The notes below the pieces were generated by a model. That model ran no database searches. It saw nothing but the letters and a program-made list of their open reading frames with translations, and was not told where the DNA came from. A stretch of DNA of 64,000 bases from an uncultured Candidatus Binatia bacterium. GTDB taxonomy: Bacteria; Desulfobacterota; Binatia; UBA9968; JAJDTQ01. Below are positions 1-15,613 of this stretch, one piece after another (positions within the stretch are counted from its first letter, which is position 1; every line of letters starts with the position of its first letter). A program made the translations under genes and the position numbers. The stretch is taken from the NCBI GenBank assembly GCA_965215605.1, contig OZ244070.1, positions 3,840,001 to 3,904,000 of the forward strand, written 5' to 3'.

Positions 1-695
1 CCTCCTCCCTGCGAGGGAGGGACCTCCCGGTCCCCGGGGGATGGACGATGGAGGATCTCCAAGGACTGTCTCAGGTCCATGAGCCGCTGCCGCTCCGCCA
101 CTTCCGGCGGCAGGAAGCTGGGGAGAAAATCGCCGAACCGCTCCAGGGCCTGGGCCGCCCAGCCGCGCATGTTGGCCTGCGACACGTCGCCGGGCTTCTC
201 GTATACCGGCCTCACGTCGGGCTGCCGGTCCGTTCCCTCGTCGAGGACCTCGAACTCCGGATGGGGCACGCTGAGCCGCGCTCCGCGTCCCGGCGCCACT
301 CTGCCGTAGACGGAAAGCCGCTGGCCCACGCGCAGGGCGTCCGCGATATAGCGGACGGGGTTGAACCACACCAGCTCCAGGCTGCCGGTGTCGTCGGTCA
401 ACGTGCCCGTGAGGATGCCGCGGCCCCGGCGAATCCGTCCGGACCGCAGGCCGGTCAGGCGGCCGACAAAGATTCCGCTCTCGCCGGCAGCGGCTTCACC
501 GATGGCGGTCACGTCCCGGCGATCCTCGTAGCGGAACGGCAGGTGGTACAGCAGGTCCTCGACGGTGGCGAGCCCGCGCCCGGAGAGCTGCGCGGCCCGT
601 ACCGGGCCGACGCCCTTCAGCACGTCCAGGCCAAGCTGCAAGGCTTCGCGGCAATCGGCGAGTTCGGTGGGCGTGACGTGATAGGAATAGGCCAC
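1..695 (-). CDS. recG: ATP-dependent DNA helicase RecG, N-terminal part (runs off window; not in ORF track)
   Basis: Manual minus-strand translation gives LDVLKGVGPVRAAQLSGAGLATVEDLLYHLPFRYEDR, the typical RecG N-terminus; GTG start at 695 is tentative. Confidence 0.85.
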   Translation of the reverse strand, partial: MAYSYHVTPTELADCREALQLGLDVLKGVGPVRAAQLSGRGLATVEDLLYHLPFRYEDRRDVTAIGEAAAGESGIFVGRLTGLRSGRIRRGRGILTGTLTDDTGSLELVWFNPVRYIADALRVGQRLSVYGRVAPGRGARLSVPHPEFEVLDEGTDRQPDVRPVYEKPGDVSQANMRGWAAQALERFGDFLPSFLPPEVAERQRLMDLRQSLEILHRPSPGDREVPPSQGG

Positions 696-740
696 GGCAG
701 GAGGCTATCGTTGTTGACGCAGCCCGCCAGGACGCAACCT

Positions 741-766
741 GTCATTCCCGCTTCCGCGGGAATGAC
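741..766. repeat. REP/dRS3-like palindrome ATTCCC-N8-GGGAAT
   Basis: GTCATTCCCGC-TTCC-GCGGGAATGAC, perfect 11-bp inverted repeat, intergenic; related copy at 10036. Confidence 0.75.
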
Positions 767-789
767 GGAAACCGGGCGTCAGCACAGCA

Positions 790-4011
<3,222 letters not shown>

Positions 4012-4012
4012 C

Positions 4013-5131
4013 TCAGTCCTTCTCCCCGGCCATCAGGCCGCGAAAGCGGTCGAACAGGTACGACGCGTCGTGGGGACCGGGCGACGCCTCGGGATGATAC
4101 TGGACCGAGAAAACGGGCTCCTCGCGGTGCCGGAGCCCTTCCACGGTACGGTCGTTGAGGTTCACGTGGGTCACTTCCACCGCGCCCTTGAGGGAGTCCG
4201 CGTCCACGGCGAATCCGTGGTTCTGGGTGGTGATCTCCACCTTTTCGGTGGTGAGGTCCATCACCGGCTGGTTGCCGCCGTGATGGCCGAACTTGAGCTT
4301 GAAGGTCCGCCCGCCCATGGCGAGCCCCAGGATCTGGTGGCCCAGACAGATGCCGAAAATGGGGCGGCGGCCGATGAGATCCCGCACGATGTCCGCGGCA
4401 TAGGACACGGCCGCCGGGTCTCCCGGGCCGTTGGACAGGAAGATGCCGTCCGGCTCCAGCGCCAGGGCGTCCGCAGCCGGGGTCCAGGCCGGCACCACCG
4501 TCACCCCGCATCCGGCCTCCACCAGACCTCGAAGGATGCCGTACTTGATGCCGTAATCGTAGGCCACCACGTGAAATTCCGGCTCCCGGGCGGGCGCGAA
4601 GCCACTTCCCATCCGCCAACTCCCCTGGTCCCACCGGTAGGGCTCCCGGCAGCTCACGTTCTTCACGAGGTCCCTGCCCTCAAGTCCCCCCAACGCCTGA
4701 GCTTTTCCGGCCAGCTCGGCCTCGTCAAAGCTCACCGTGGAGATGATCCCTTCCTGGGCGCCGCGCTCGCGTATGCGGGTCACCAGGGAACGCGTATCCA
4801 CGCCTTCGATGCCCACCATGCCGTGCTCCCGCATGTAGTCGTGCAGGGCCCGGGTGGCGCGCCAGTTGCTGGGCACCGGGCAGTACTCCTTGACGATGAA
4901 CCCCCTGACGAACGGCCGTCCCGACTCGTCGTCCTCCGGATTGACGCCGACGTTGCCGATCTCGGGATAGGTCATGGTGACGAGCTGGCCCTCGTAGGAG
5001 GGATCGGTGAGGATCTCCTGGTATCCGGTCATGCTGGTGTTGAACACGACCTCTCCCGCCGCCTCCCCTTCGCTGCCGAAGGAGCGGCCGGTAAACGAGG
5101 TCCCGTCGGCCAGGGTAAGTGTGGCTTTCAT
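4013..5131 (-). CDS. carA: Carbamoyl-phosphate synthase small subunit
   Basis: [41 protein letters not shown]. Confidence 0.99.
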   Translation of the reverse strand: MKATLTLADGTSFTGRSFGSEGEAAGEVVFNTSMTGYQEILTDPSYEGQLVTMTYPEIGNVGVNPEDDESGRPFVRGFIVKEYCPVPSNWRATRALHDYMREHGMVGIEGVDTRSLVTRIRERGAQEGIISTVSFDEAELAGKAQALGGLEGRDLVKNVSCREPYRWDQGSWRMGSGFAPAREPEFHVVAYDYGIKYGILRGLVEAGCGVTVVPAWTPAADALALEPDGIFLSNGPGDPAAVSYAADIVRDLIGRRPIFGICLGHQILGLAMGGRTFKLKFGHHGGNQPVMDLTTEKVEITTQNHGFAVDADSLKGAVEVTHVNLNDRTVEGLRHREEPVFSVQYHPEASPGPHDASYLFDRFRGLMAGEKD

Positions 5132-5156
5132 GAGATGAACCGGCGCACTCTTGACG

Positions 5157-5819
5157 TCAGTGGATGAGGCCGCCGATGCGCCACCAGCGCAACCGGCTGT
5201 TTTCCGAGTCCCACGACCAGTACTTGACGAAAGCCCGGCCGCGGATGTCCTGGATGGGCACGAAGCCCCAGAAGCGGCTGTCGAAGCTCCGGTCCCGGTT
5301 GTCGCCCATGACGAACACGCGTCCGTCCGGCACCGTCACCGGGCCGAAGTTGTCCCGGACGTGGCCGGCCCCCAGGGTCGCGCCCTCATCCTCGAAATGG
5401 GCGTGGTCGTCGTCCACGGGCTTGCCGTTGATGTGGACCCTCTTGTTCCGGATCGCCACCTCGTCTCCCGGAAGCCCGACGACGCGCTTGATGAAATCCT
5501 TGCAGCGGTCCTCAGGGTAGACGAAAACGACGACGTCGTCCCGTTCCGGAATGTCCCATTCCACGAGATGTGAGCCTCTGACCAAGTCCACGCACCCGGC
5601 GAGGGGCACCCAGTTGACGTCCGGAAGCCGCAGGCCGTAGGACAGCTTGTTGACCAGGATGTGGTCGCCGATGGCCAGGGTGGGGATCATGGATCCCGAC
5701 GGGATCTTGAATGCCTGCACCACGAAAGCCCGCAGGAACAACGCCGCCACCAAGGCGATGAGTATGGCTTCCGTGTATTCCCGGAGGACGGACTTTCTCG
5801 GCTTTCCAAATCTGGCCAC
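5157..5819 (-). CDS. lepB: Signal peptidase I
   Basis: [33 protein letters not shown]; GTG at 5819 follows an AAGGA SD (ORF track start 5858). Confidence 0.95.
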   Translation of the reverse strand: MARFGKPRKSVLREYTEAILIALVAALFLRAFVVQAFKIPSGSMIPTLAIGDHILVNKLSYGLRLPDVNWVPLAGCVDLVRGSHLVEWDIPERDDVVVFVYPEDRCKDFIKRVVGLPGDEVAIRNKRVHINGKPVDDDHAHFEDEGATLGAGHVRDNFGPVTVPDGRVFVMGDNRDRSFDSRFWGFVPIQDIRGRAFVKYWSWDSENSRLRWWRIGGLIH

Positions 5820-5870
5820 GTAAGGGGTCCTTCGTCTGAAACTTAACACTTCACCCACCGACTTTGAACT

Positions 5871-7664
5871 TCAGACCTTCAGCGCCGCCAGGAAGGCCTC
5901 CTGGGGTATCTCCACCCGTCCCACCGACTTCATGCGCTTCTTGCCTTCTTTCTGCCGCTCCAGGAGCTTCCGCTTGCGGGTGATGTCGCCGCCGTAGCAC
6001 TTGGCGGTGACGTTCTTGCGGAGCGCCTTCACCGACTCCCGGGCGATGATGCGGCTGCCGATGGCCGCCTGGATCACCACCTCGAACATCTGCCGCGGGA
6101 TCAGCTCCCGCATGCGCTGCACCAGGTCCCGGCCGCGCCCGTACGCCTTGTCGCGATGGACGATCAGCGACATGGCGTCCACCAGGTCGCCATTGATGCG
6201 GACGTCCAGCTTGACCAGCTTCGACGGCCGCATGCCCGCCAACTCGTAGTCCATGGACGCGTAGCCCCGGCTCAGGGACTTGAGCTTGTCGTAGAAGTCG
6301 AACACGATCTCGTTCAGCGGCAGCTCGTAGGTGACCATGGCGCGGTTGAGGCCCGCGTAGCGCAGCTCCCGCTGAATGCCGCGCTTTTCCTCGCACAGCT
6401 TGAGCACGCCCCCGAGGTAGCTCTGGGGAAGGTGGATGGTGGCCAGGATGATGGGCTCCTCGATGGTCTCGACGTCGGCCTCGTTGGGAAAGGCCACCGG
6501 ATTGTCGATGGCCAGAACCTCTCCCCCGTGGGTGGTGACCCGATAGACCACGGTGGGAGCCGTGTTGATGAGGGCAAGGTCGAACTCCCGCTCCACCCGC
6601 TCGCGCACGATATCGAGGTGCAGCAGGCCCAGAAACCCGCAACGAAAGCCGAAACCCAGGGCCTGGGAGCTCTCCGGCTCGAAGGTGAAGGAGGAGTCGT
6701 TCAGGCTCAGTTTCTCGAGCGCCGTCCGGAGCGCCTGATACTGGCCCGAGTCCGCCGGGTAGAGGCCGCTGAACACCACCGGCTTGAGCGGACGGAAGCC
6801 TTCCAACGGCTGGCCGGTGGGACGCTTGTGGCCGGTGACGGTATCGCCGATGCGGGCCTCGTGGATGTTCTTGATGGAGGCCATGAGAAAGCCCACCTCG
6901 CCCGGACCGAGGCTCCCCACCTCCACCGGCCCGGGAGCGAAGACGCCCAGGCGGTTCACCTCGAACACGCCGCCGGTGGACATGAGGCGGATGGCGTCGC
7001 CGGTGCGGACGTTCCCTTCGAAGACCCGCAGCAGGATCACCGCGCCGTGATAGGGGTCGAACCAGCTATCGAAGATGAGGCCCCTCAGGGGCGCCTCCGG
7101 CCCGCCCCCGGGCGGCGGGAAGTTGGCGATGATGCCCTCCAGCACGGCCTCGGTGCCGATGCCCTTCTTGGCGCTGGCGAGGATGGCCTGGGAGCCGTCC
7201 AGACCGATGATGTCCTCGATCTCCCGCTTGACCCGATCGGGGTCCGCGCTGGGCAGATCGATCTTGTTGATGACCGGGAACACATGGAGGTCGTGGTCCA
7301 GCGCCAGATAGACGTTGGCCACCGTCTGCGCCTCCACACCCTGGGCGGCGTCCACCACCAGGATCGCTCCTTCGCAGGCCGCGAGGCTCCGGGAGACTTC
7401 GTAGCTGAAATCCACGTGGCCGGGCGTATCGATGAGGTTCAGGATGTAGTCATCGCCGGCGGCGGACCGGTAATCGAGGCGGACCGGACTGGCCTTGATG
7501 GTGATGCCGCGCTCGCGTTCAAGCTCCATCTTGTCCAGGAACTGGTCGGTCTTCTCGCGCTCGCTGAGCGCGCCGGTGCACTCCAGCAACCGGTCCGCGA
7601 GCGTGGATTTGCCGTGATCGATATGGGCGATGATGCAGAAGTTCCGGATCCGGGCGCTATCCAC
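5871..7664 (-). CDS. lepA: Elongation factor 4 (LepA)
   Basis: [40 protein letters not shown]. Confidence 0.99.
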   Translation of the reverse strand: MDSARIRNFCIIAHIDHGKSTLADRLLECTGALSEREKTDQFLDKMELERERGITIKASPVRLDYRSAAGDDYILNLIDTPGHVDFSYEVSRSLAACEGAILVVDAAQGVEAQTVANVYLALDHDLHVFPVINKIDLPSADPDRVKREIEDIIGLDGSQAILASAKKGIGTEAVLEGIIANFPPPGGGPEAPLRGLIFDSWFDPYHGAVILLRVFEGNVRTGDAIRLMSTGGVFEVNRLGVFAPGPVEVGSLGPGEVGFLMASIKNIHEARIGDTVTGHKRPTGQPLEGFRPLKPVVFSGLYPADSGQYQALRTALEKLSLNDSSFTFEPESSQALGFGFRCGFLGLLHLDIVRERVEREFDLALINTAPTVVYRVTTHGGEVLAIDNPVAFPNEADVETIEEPIILATIHLPQSYLGGVLKLCEEKRGIQRELRYAGLNRAMVTYELPLNEIVFDFYDKLKSLSRGYASMDYELAGMRPSKLVKLDVRINGDLVDAMSLIVHRDKAYGRGRDLVQRMRELIPRQMFEVVIQAAIGSRIIARESVKALRKNVTAKCYGGDITRKRKLLERQKEGKKRMKSVGRVEIPQEAFLAALKV

Positions 7665-8958
7665 TGCTCCGCCCTATCGAATGGTAGATGAAGCCCTGCC
7701 GGCGCATCGCCGCCGGTTCGTAGAGGTTGCGGCCGTCGAAGACCACCGGCCGGCGCAACAGCTTCTTGAGCCGGGAGAAATCGGGACTGCGGAACTCGTT
7801 CCATTCGGTCAGGACCAGCACCGCGTCAGCGCCCTCGGCCGCCTCGTAGTTGCTGCCGCCGAACTCGATGCGCTCTCCGTAGCGCTTCCGCGCCTCCTCC
7901 ATGGCCTCGGGGTCGAAGGCCCGCACCCGCACGCCGGCCTCCAGCAGACCGTCGATGATCGGGATGGCGGGCGCCTCGCGCATGTCGTCGGTGCGGGCCT
8001 TGAAGGACAGCCCCCACACCGCCAGGGTGAGTCCGGACAACTCGCCGAAGTGCGCCTTGAGCTTCCCCAGCAACAGGCCCTTCTGGGCCTCGTTGACCCG
8101 GTCCACCGCCCGCAGCAACGGCATCTCCAGCTCTTCCCCGCCCATGGCGATCATCGCCCGGATATCCTTGGGCAGGCACGATCCGCCGTAGCCGATTCCC
8201 GCAAAGATGAAATGCGGGCCGATACGGTGGTCCAGTCCCATGATGCGCCGGACCTGTTCGATGTCCGCCCCCTCCTTCTCGCACAGGCGGGCGGTCTCGT
8301 TGATGAACGAGATCTTGGTGGCCAGGATCGCGTTGGCAGCGTACTTGCTCATCTCGGCGCTGCGCGTGTCCGTGAGGATGATGGGCTTGCCGGTGCGCAC
8401 GAAAGGCTCGTAGAGGGCCTTGAGACGTTCCAGCGAGCCGGCGTCATCGCCCCCCAGCACCACCCGGTCGGGCTTCATGAAGTCCTCCACCGCCGTGCCT
8501 TCCTTCAGGAACTCCGGGTTCGACACCACCGCCGCCGCATGCCGGGTGTGTTTCTCGATGATCTCCCGCACCCGCGCCGCCGTGCCCACCGGCACCGTGC
8601 TCTTGGTCACCACGATCTTGGCGCCGTTCATGGCCCGGGCGATGTCCTCCGCCACCGCGAATACCTGGCTGAGGTCGGCGCCGCCCGCCGACACCTGCGG
8701 CGTCCCCACCGCGATGAAGACGGCCTCCGCCTTTTCCACCGCTGCGCCCAGATCCGTGGAAAAGGACAGCCTGCCCTCGCGGGTGTTGCGCTCGATCAGT
8801 TCCTCCAGTCCCAGCTCATAGAACGGAACGCGGCCCTTCCGCAGCAGCTCGACCTTGGCCCCGTCGATGTCCACGCACACCACGTCGTTGCCGGTCTCGG
8901 CGAAGCAACTCCCCGTCACCAGTCCGACGTATCCCGTACCGAGCATTGCGATGTTCAT
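7657..8958 (-). CDS. ugd: UDP-glucose 6-dehydrogenase
   Basis: [32 protein letters not shown]. Confidence 0.95.
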   Translation of the reverse strand: MNIAMLGTGYVGLVTGSCFAETGNDVVCVDIDGAKVELLRKGRVPFYELGLEELIERNTREGRLSFSTDLGAAVEKAEAVFIAVGTPQVSAGGADLSQVFAVAEDIARAMNGAKIVVTKSTVPVGTAARVREIIEKHTRHAAAVVSNPEFLKEGTAVEDFMKPDRVVLGGDDAGSLERLKALYEPFVRTGKPIILTDTRSAEMSKYAANAILATKISFINETARLCEKEGADIEQVRRIMGLDHRIGPHFIFAGIGYGGSCLPKDIRAMIAMGGEELEMPLLRAVDRVNEAQKGLLLGKLKAHFGELSGLTLAVWGLSFKARTDDMREAPAIPIIDGLLEAGVRVRAFDPEAMEEARKRYGERIEFGGSNYEAAEGADAVLVLTEWNEFRSPDFSRLKKLLRRPVVFDGRNLYEPAAMRRQGFIYHSIGRSSG

Positions 8959-9019
8959 GCGATCAACTTGATTCCGCTGGCTGCCTGCGCGCCGCGGCCG
9001 TGGCCACGGACTCGATCGA

Positions 9020-9038
9020 GGCGGGGGTCAAACCCGCC
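9020..9038. repeat. Degenerate GTAG-type REP-like hairpin
   Basis: GGCGGGGGTCAAACCCGCC, similar to copies at 50566 and 59983. Confidence 0.45.
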
Positions 9039-9052
9039 CGCGCGCGAACATC

Positions 9053-9958
9053 TCAGTCGTGAAAACGGGTCAACTCCACGAAGTGCCGATAGCGCTCATC
9101 GATCTCCATCCGGTCCATGGAGATCAGCCGCGCGGGCCCGAAATCTTCCACCGTGAACGAAGCGGTCACGTTGCCGTACACGATGGCGCGGCGCAACGCA
9201 TTCCCGCCCGCGCCATCGCCGGCGGCCAGACAGCCCATGAACGCCCCGGCAAAGGAGTCGCCGGCACCGGTGGGGTCCAGGACCTCCTCCAGGGGATAGG
9301 CCGGCACCACGAAGGTCGCGGCGTCCGAGAACTGGAACACGCCGTACTCGCCACGCTTGATGAGTACCACCCGCGGGCCCATCTTCAGGATGGAACGGGC
9401 GGCGCGGACGATGTTGTGGTCGCCGCTCAGCATGCGCGCTTCCGCGTCGTTGATGACCACGGTCTCCACCCGCTCCAGCACCTTCCTCAACTCTCCGGGA
9501 TTCTCGTGGATCCAGTGGTCCATGGTGTCCAGGGCCACCAGCCGGGGCTGCTTCAACTGCGACAGCACCTCCAACTGGGCCGCCGGGTGCATGTTGCCGA
9601 GAAAGGCGTACTCCGTGTCCTCGTAGCCGGCCGGCATCCGGGGGACGAAGTCCTCCAGCACGTTGAGCTGGACCTCCAGGGTATCGCGGACGTTCAGGTC
9701 TTCGTGGTATCGCCCGTGCCAGAAAAAGGTCTTGCCCTCGGCCCGCTGCAACCCCTCCAGATCCACCCCGCTGCGCGACAGCGCTGCCAGGTGCTCCTCC
9801 GGAAAATCCTCGCCCACCACCCCGACGATCCGTACCGGAGCGAAGAACGCCGCCGCCAACGCGAAGTAGGCCGCCGAGCCCCCCAGGACCCGGTCGGCAC
9901 GGCCGTGCGGGGTCTCGATGGAATCGAAAGCCATCGAGCCCACAACCAGAACACTCAT
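9053..9958 (-). CDS. PfkB/ribokinase-family sugar or nucleoside kinase
   Basis: GGSAAY N-terminal motif, DPTGAGDSFAG C-terminal signature. Confidence 0.92.
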   Translation of the reverse strand: MSVLVVGSMAFDSIETPHGRADRVLGGSAAYFALAAAFFAPVRIVGVVGEDFPEEHLAALSRSGVDLEGLQRAEGKTFFWHGRYHEDLNVRDTLEVQLNVLEDFVPRMPAGYEDTEYAFLGNMHPAAQLEVLSQLKQPRLVALDTMDHWIHENPGELRKVLERVETVVINDAEARMLSGDHNIVRAARSILKMGPRVVLIKRGEYGVFQFSDAATFVVPAYPLEEVLDPTGAGDSFAGAFMGCLAAGDGAGGNALRRAIVYGNVTASFTVEDFGPARLISMDRMEIDERYRHFVELTRFHD

Positions 9959-10035
9959 ATGTTACAATCCTCCCGAGGCGCGGACGCCCCACACTCGCTC
10001 ATCCGCCCACGCTCCGCCATTCCCGGCGCCCCTTC

Positions 10036-10063
10036 CGTCATTCCCGCGAAAACGGGAATGACG
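10036..10063. repeat. REP/dRS3-like palindrome ATTCCC-N8-GGGAAT
   Basis: CGTCATTCCCG-CGAAAA-CGGGAATGACG, intergenic just after the mtnP stop. Confidence 0.75.
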
Positions 10064-10070
10064 ATTCCCA

Positions 10071-10946
10071 CTAGAGATACTTGTCCACCAGCGGGCCCAG
10101 CTTCTCGCGGGTCTCCTCCGGAATCACCGAGCGATCGGTGACGATGGCCATGGCCAGGGCCGTGGCGCAGGGACACGTCCGCTCGGGCGACAACCGCTCC
10201 AGCGTGCCCCGGATGATGCGCTTGGCCACGTCCGCGTTCTTCTGCAGCACCGCGATGATCTCCTCGATGTCCACGTCGCCGGCGGCTTCGTTCCAGCAGT
10301 CGTAGTCCGTCGACATGGCGATGGTGGCGAAGCAGATCTCCGCCTCCCGGGCCAGCTTGGCCTCCTGCAGGTTGGTCATGCCGATGACGTCCGCGCCCCA
10401 GCTCCGGTGGAGCGCCGACTCCGCCCGGGTGGAGAACTGCGGCCCCTCCATGCAAACGTAGGTGCCGCGGCCGTGCACCTCGATGTCCTCGGTGGCGGCC
10501 GCCTCCGCCACCACCGCGCGCAAGTCGTTGCAGAATGGATCCGCGAACTGGACGTGGGCCACGATGCCGTCGCCGAAGAACGTGCTCGGACGCCTGTAGG
10601 TGCGGTCGATGAACTGGTCCGGCAAGACCACGTGGCCCGGCTCGATCTCCATTCTGAGGCTGCCCACCGCGCTCACGGACAGCAGCCGCCCGACCCCCAG
10701 CTTCTTCATGCCGAAGATGTTGGCGCGGTTGTTGACCTCGGTGGGCAACAGCCGGTGTCCCTTGCCGTGACGCGGCAGAAAGGCCACTTCGAGCCCGTCC
10801 AGGGACCCCAGCACGAAGGCGCCGGACGGCGCGCCAAAGGGCGTTTCCAGCTCCACCTCGCGCACTCCGCTCAATCCGTCCATCTCGTAGAGGCCGGTAC
10901 CGCCGATGACACCCAACATCGTCTTCTGTTCCATGTTCCTGTCCAT
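10071..10946 (-). CDS. mtnP: S-methyl-5'-thioadenosine phosphorylase
   Basis: GVIGGTG, LPRHG, EGPQFSTRAES, GMT, TDYDCW; start is ATG 10946 or 10934. Confidence 0.93.
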   Translation of the reverse strand: MDRNMEQKTMLGVIGGTGLYEMDGLSGVREVELETPFGAPSGAFVLGSLDGLEVAFLPRHGKGHRLLPTEVNNRANIFGMKKLGVGRLLSVSAVGSLRMEIEPGHVVLPDQFIDRTYRRPSTFFGDGIVAHVQFADPFCNDLRAVVAEAAATEDIEVHGRGTYVCMEGPQFSTRAESALHRSWGADVIGMTNLQEAKLAREAEICFATIAMSTDYDCWNEAAGDVDIEEIIAVLQKNADVAKRIIRGTLERLSPERTCPCATALAMAIVTDRSVIPEETREKLGPLVDKYL

Positions 10947-10968
10947 TACCAGCCCGGCCGGCGGCCGG

Positions 10969-12060
10969 TCATCCGATGCCGCGGAGCGCACCGGCCGGCG
11001 CCGCCTCCGCCGCGTGGTACAATTGTCCGCAGGCCGCCTGGATGTCATCGCCCCGCGGCCGCCGCACGTGGGTCTGAATGCCGCGGGCGCGCAGCGCCTC
11101 CCCGAAGCGTTCGACGACGGCTTCAGGCGGCCGGCGGCAAGCGCTCCCCTCGTGGGGGTTGAAAGGTATCAGGTTCACCTTGCAGCGTATGCCCCGGAGC
11201 TTCCCGGCCAGCTCGGCCGCGTCCGCCGCCAGATCGTTCAACCCGCTGATGAGCAGGTACTCGAAGGTGATGCGCTTGCGCCGCGGCACCGGCAGGGAGC
11301 GGCAGCATTCGAGCAACTGCGATACCGAATACTTCCGGTTGACCGGCATGAGCTCGGAGCGCACCGAATCCCGCACCGAATGGAGCGAGATGGCCAGATT
11401 GACACGGGTCTCCTCCATGAGCCGCCGCATCTGCGGCAACAGGCCCACCGTGGAAACCGTGATCTTGCGGGGCGAAATGCCCATGCCGCTATGGGCGTCG
11501 GTGATGACGTCCAGCGCCCCGCGTGTGGCGTCGTAGTTGGCCAACGGCTCGCCCATGCCCATGAACACCAGGTTCGAGATCCGCGTGCCGTCCGGACACC
11601 GGCGCTGCGCCTCCAGCACCTGGTCCACGATCTCCGCCTGAGTGAGGTTGCGCTTCAGGCCCATGCGCGCGGTGGCGCAGAACGTGCAACCCAGCCCGCA
11701 CCCCACCTGCGTCGACACGCACAGCGTCACCCGGTCCGGTTCCGGGATCCACACCGTCTCCACGACGCCGCCGTCGCGCAGGCGAAAGAGATACTTGACG
11801 GACCCGTCCCGGGATTCGAAGCGTCGGTGCACGACCAGGCTGCCCACCGAGAACTCCGCCGTCAGGGCCTGCCTCAGGTTCTTGGACAGGTCGGTCATGG
11901 CCTTGAACGATTCCACGCGCCTGAGGAACAGCCATCGTCTGATCTGGTCGGCCCGGTAGGCGGGAAGACCGCGGGCGTCCAGCCACGCGCTCAACTCCGC
12001 GTGGCTCAGGCCTTCGACGGGCCGCCGGGTGTCCGTTGTGTCGCTGCTGGGAAATGACAT
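10969..12060 (-). CDS. rlmN: 23S rRNA m2A2503 radical SAM methyltransferase
   Basis: CVSTQVGCGLGCTFC, MGMGEP, DIQAACGQL. Confidence 0.96.
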   Translation of the reverse strand: MSFPSSDTTDTRRPVEGLSHAELSAWLDARGLPAYRADQIRRWLFLRRVESFKAMTDLSKNLRQALTAEFSVGSLVVHRRFESRDGSVKYLFRLRDGGVVETVWIPEPDRVTLCVSTQVGCGLGCTFCATARMGLKRNLTQAEIVDQVLEAQRRCPDGTRISNLVFMGMGEPLANYDATRGALDVITDAHSGMGISPRKITVSTVGLLPQMRRLMEETRVNLAISLHSVRDSVRSELMPVNRKYSVSQLLECCRSLPVPRRKRITFEYLLISGLNDLAADAAELAGKLRGIRCKVNLIPFNPHEGSACRRPPEAVVERFGEALRARGIQTHVRRPRGDDIQAACGQLYHAAEAAPAGALRGIG

Positions 12061-12150
12061 CGGCAATGCGCCTGCCGCCCCCTCGCTGGTGGCCCGGACC
12101 CCGCCGCGGCACGTGCGGCCTGGACTCTGCCGCGGCCCGGGGCCGAAATT

Positions 12151-12576
12151 CTACGACCCGGACGGCTGGATCTCGTCGTCGGCGAAGAAGAAGGCGATCT
12201 CGGCGGCAGCGGTCTCGGGAGCGTCGGAGCCGTGCACCGCGTTGGCCTCCACGTCGGTGCCCCAGTCCTTCCGGATGGTTCCCGGAGCCGCGTTGGCCGG
12301 GTCCGTGGCGCCCATGATCTCCCGGTTCCTGGCGATGGCTCCGTCGCCCTCGAGGACCGACACGAAGATGGGGCCCTTGGACATGTAGTCGGTCAGGGTG
12401 TTGAAGAACGGCCGCTCCCGGTGCACTTCATAGAAGGACTCCGCCCGCTGCTTGTCCAACCGGGTCAGCCTCGCGGCCACCACCTTGAGCCCTGCGTGCT
12501 CGAAACGGCTCAGGATGTCTCCGATGAGGCCCTTGCCCACGGCCTCCGGCTTGATGATCGATAGTGTTCGCTCCAT
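12151..12576 (-). CDS. ndk: Nucleoside diphosphate kinase
   Basis: [29 protein letters not shown]; this is the C-terminal 141 aa of the 449-aa track ORF. Confidence 0.97.
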   Translation of the reverse strand: MERTLSIIKPEAVGKGLIGDILSRFEHAGLKVVAARLTRLDKQRAESFYEVHRERPFFNTLTDYMSKGPIFVSVLEGDGAIARNREIMGATDPANAAPGTIRKDWGTDVEANAVHGSDAPETAAAEIAFFFADDEIQPSGS

Positions 12577-12581
12577 GGCTG

Positions 12582-13451
12582 CTATCCCAACGCCTCTTTC
12601 ATGGTTTTGCCAATGTCTGCCGGAGTCGGCGCCATGCGCACGCCCGCGGCGCGCAAGGCCTCGACCTTTTCCGCCGCCGTGCCCTTGCCGCCGGATATGA
12701 TGGCGCCGGCATGGCCCATGCGCTTCCCCGGCGGCGCGGTCTGGCCCACGATGAAGCCCACCACCGGCTTTCTCATGCACGCCCGGATCCAGTCCGCGGC
12801 GTCCTGCTCGGCGCTGCCGCCGATCTCCCCGATGAGCACCACGGCTTCGGTCTCGGCGTCGTCGTTGAACCGCTCCAGCACGTCGATGAAACTCAGCCCA
12901 CGGATGGGGTCGCCGCCGATGCCGACGCAGGTGGACTGTCCCATTCCCAGGCGCGTCAGCTGGTCCACCGCCTCGTAGGTGAGCGTGCCGCTGCGGGAGA
13001 TCACCCCGATGGCGCCGCGCTTGTGGATGTGTCCGGGCATGATGCCGATCTTGCACTCGCCCGGGGTGATGACGCCGGGGCAGTTGGGGCCCACCAGCAC
13101 CGTGCCGCGATCCTCGAGGTAGCGTTTCACCCGCATCATGTCCTGGACCGGCACGCCCTCGGTGATGCAGATCACCAGCGGGACTCCCGCGTCCGCCGAT
13201 TCCATGATGGCGTCGGCGGCGAACGGGGGCGGCACGTAGATGACGCTGGCGTTGGCGGCGGTCTCCAGGACCGCCTCCTCCACGCTGTCGAAGATGGGGA
13301 TGTCCTCGAAGGAGGCGCCGCCCTTGCCCGGGGTGACGCCGGCCACCATTTGGGTGCCGTACTCCTTGCACGCGCGGGTGTGGAACTGGCCCGTGGCGCC
13401 GGTGATCCCCTGGGTCAGCACTCGGGTCCCGGAGTTCACCAGGATGCTCAT
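12582..13451 (-). CDS. sucD: Succinyl-CoA synthetase alpha subunit
   Basis: [33 protein letters not shown]. Confidence 0.98.
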   Translation of the reverse strand: MSILVNSGTRVLTQGITGATGQFHTRACKEYGTQMVAGVTPGKGGASFEDIPIFDSVEEAVLETAANASVIYVPPPFAADAIMESADAGVPLVICITEGVPVQDMMRVKRYLEDRGTVLVGPNCPGVITPGECKIGIMPGHIHKRGAIGVISRSGTLTYEAVDQLTRLGMGQSTCVGIGGDPIRGLSFIDVLERFNDDAETEAVVLIGEIGGSAEQDAADWIRACMRKPVVGFIVGQTAPPGKRMGHAGAIISGGKGTAAEKVEALRAAGVRMAPTPADIGKTMKEALG

Positions 13452-14623
13452 GCCCGCCCCTCTTCCGCCTGCACGGCCTGGACGATCTTCTGCGCCGCAT
13501 CCGCGATGGTGTCCGCGGCGATAATGCTCAGGTCCGACTTCGACAACAGCTCCCTGCCCTGCTCCACATTGGTTCCCTGGAGCCGCACCACCAGTGGTAC
13601 GCTGACGCCGATTTCCCTGGCGGCGTCGATGATGCCCGCGGCGATGACATCGCAACGCATGATCCCGCCGAAGATGTTCACCAGCACGCCGCGCACCTTG
13701 TCGTCCGACAACAACAGACGAAAAGCCTGCCCCACCATCTCCTTGCTGGCGCCGCCGCCCACGTCGAGGAAGTTGGCCGGCATGCCGCCGTACTGCTGAA
13801 TGATGTCCATGGTGCCCATGGCCAGACCCGCGCCGTTGACCATGCAGCCGATGTTGCCGTCCAGGGCCACGTAGGAAATGCCCAGGTCCGCCGCCGCGAC
13901 CTCCTTGGGGTCCTCCTCGTTCACGTCCCGGAACTCCACCACCTCTTTTTGGCGGAAAAGCGCGTTGCCGTCGAAGTTCATCTTGGCGTCCAGCACCAGG
14001 AAGCGCCCGTCGTCGAGCTGGGCCAGCGGATTCACCTCGAGCTGCATGCAGTCGGACTCCAGGAACGCGCGGTACAGGTCCTTCAGCAGCGCGCCGAAGG
14101 CGCCGGCGTCCTTGCCGGAAAGACCCAGCCTGCCCGCCACGCGGCGGATCTGGAACGGCGCCACCCCTACGAGAGGATCCACCAGCTCGATGATGATCTC
14201 GTCGAGGGTCTCCTTCGCCACCTCCTCGATCTCCACCCCCCCCTCACGGCAGGCGATGATGGCGGGCTGTCCGGCCGCCGCGTCCATGACGATGCTGCAG
14301 TAGAGTTCTCTGGCGATGCGCGAGGCCTCTTCCACCCACAGGTGCCGGACCACCCTGCCCTCGGGGCCTGTCTGGTGCGTGACCAGAGGCTTTCCCAACA
14401 GACCCACGGCAAAGGCCTCTGCCTCCTCGGCCGTCTGGACGACCTTGACGCCGCCGGCCTTGCCCCGGCCGCCGGCGTGGATCTGGGCCTTCACCACGCA
14501 CGGGAAGCCGATCTCTTCGGCGGCCGCCCGCGTCTCGCCGGCCGTGGCCGCCACCCTTCCGCCCGGCACGGCCACGCCGAACCGGGCGAGCCACTGTTTT
14601 GCCTGATATTCGTGGATGTTCAT
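13448..14623 (-). CDS. sucC: Succinyl-CoA synthetase beta subunit
   Basis: [41 protein letters not shown]. Confidence 0.98.
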   Translation of the reverse strand: MNIHEYQAKQWLARFGVAVPGGRVAATAGETRAAAEEIGFPCVVKAQIHAGGRGKAGGVKVVQTAEEAEAFAVGLLGKPLVTHQTGPEGRVVRHLWVEEASRIARELYCSIVMDAAAGQPAIIACREGGVEIEEVAKETLDEIIIELVDPLVGVAPFQIRRVAGRLGLSGKDAGAFGALLKDLYRAFLESDCMQLEVNPLAQLDDGRFLVLDAKMNFDGNALFRQKEVVEFRDVNEEDPKEVAAADLGISYVALDGNIGCMVNGAGLAMGTMDIIQQYGGMPANFLDVGGGASKEMVGQAFRLLLSDDKVRGVLVNIFGGIMRCDVIAAGIIDAAREIGVSVPLVVRLQGTNVEQGRELLSKSDLSIIAADTIADAAQKIVQAVQAEEGRA

Positions 14624-14656
14624 GCGGTGCTTACGGAACGGAGGTCGGAGCCACGG

Positions 14657-15613
<957 letters not shown>

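Noticed and set aside
12151-13655. N-terminally extended Ndk (449 aa) and SucD (357 aa) as fusions; likewise 22059, 32059-33087 and 60023
   Set aside because: The extensions overlap the upstream real genes in another frame; true starts are internal ATGs
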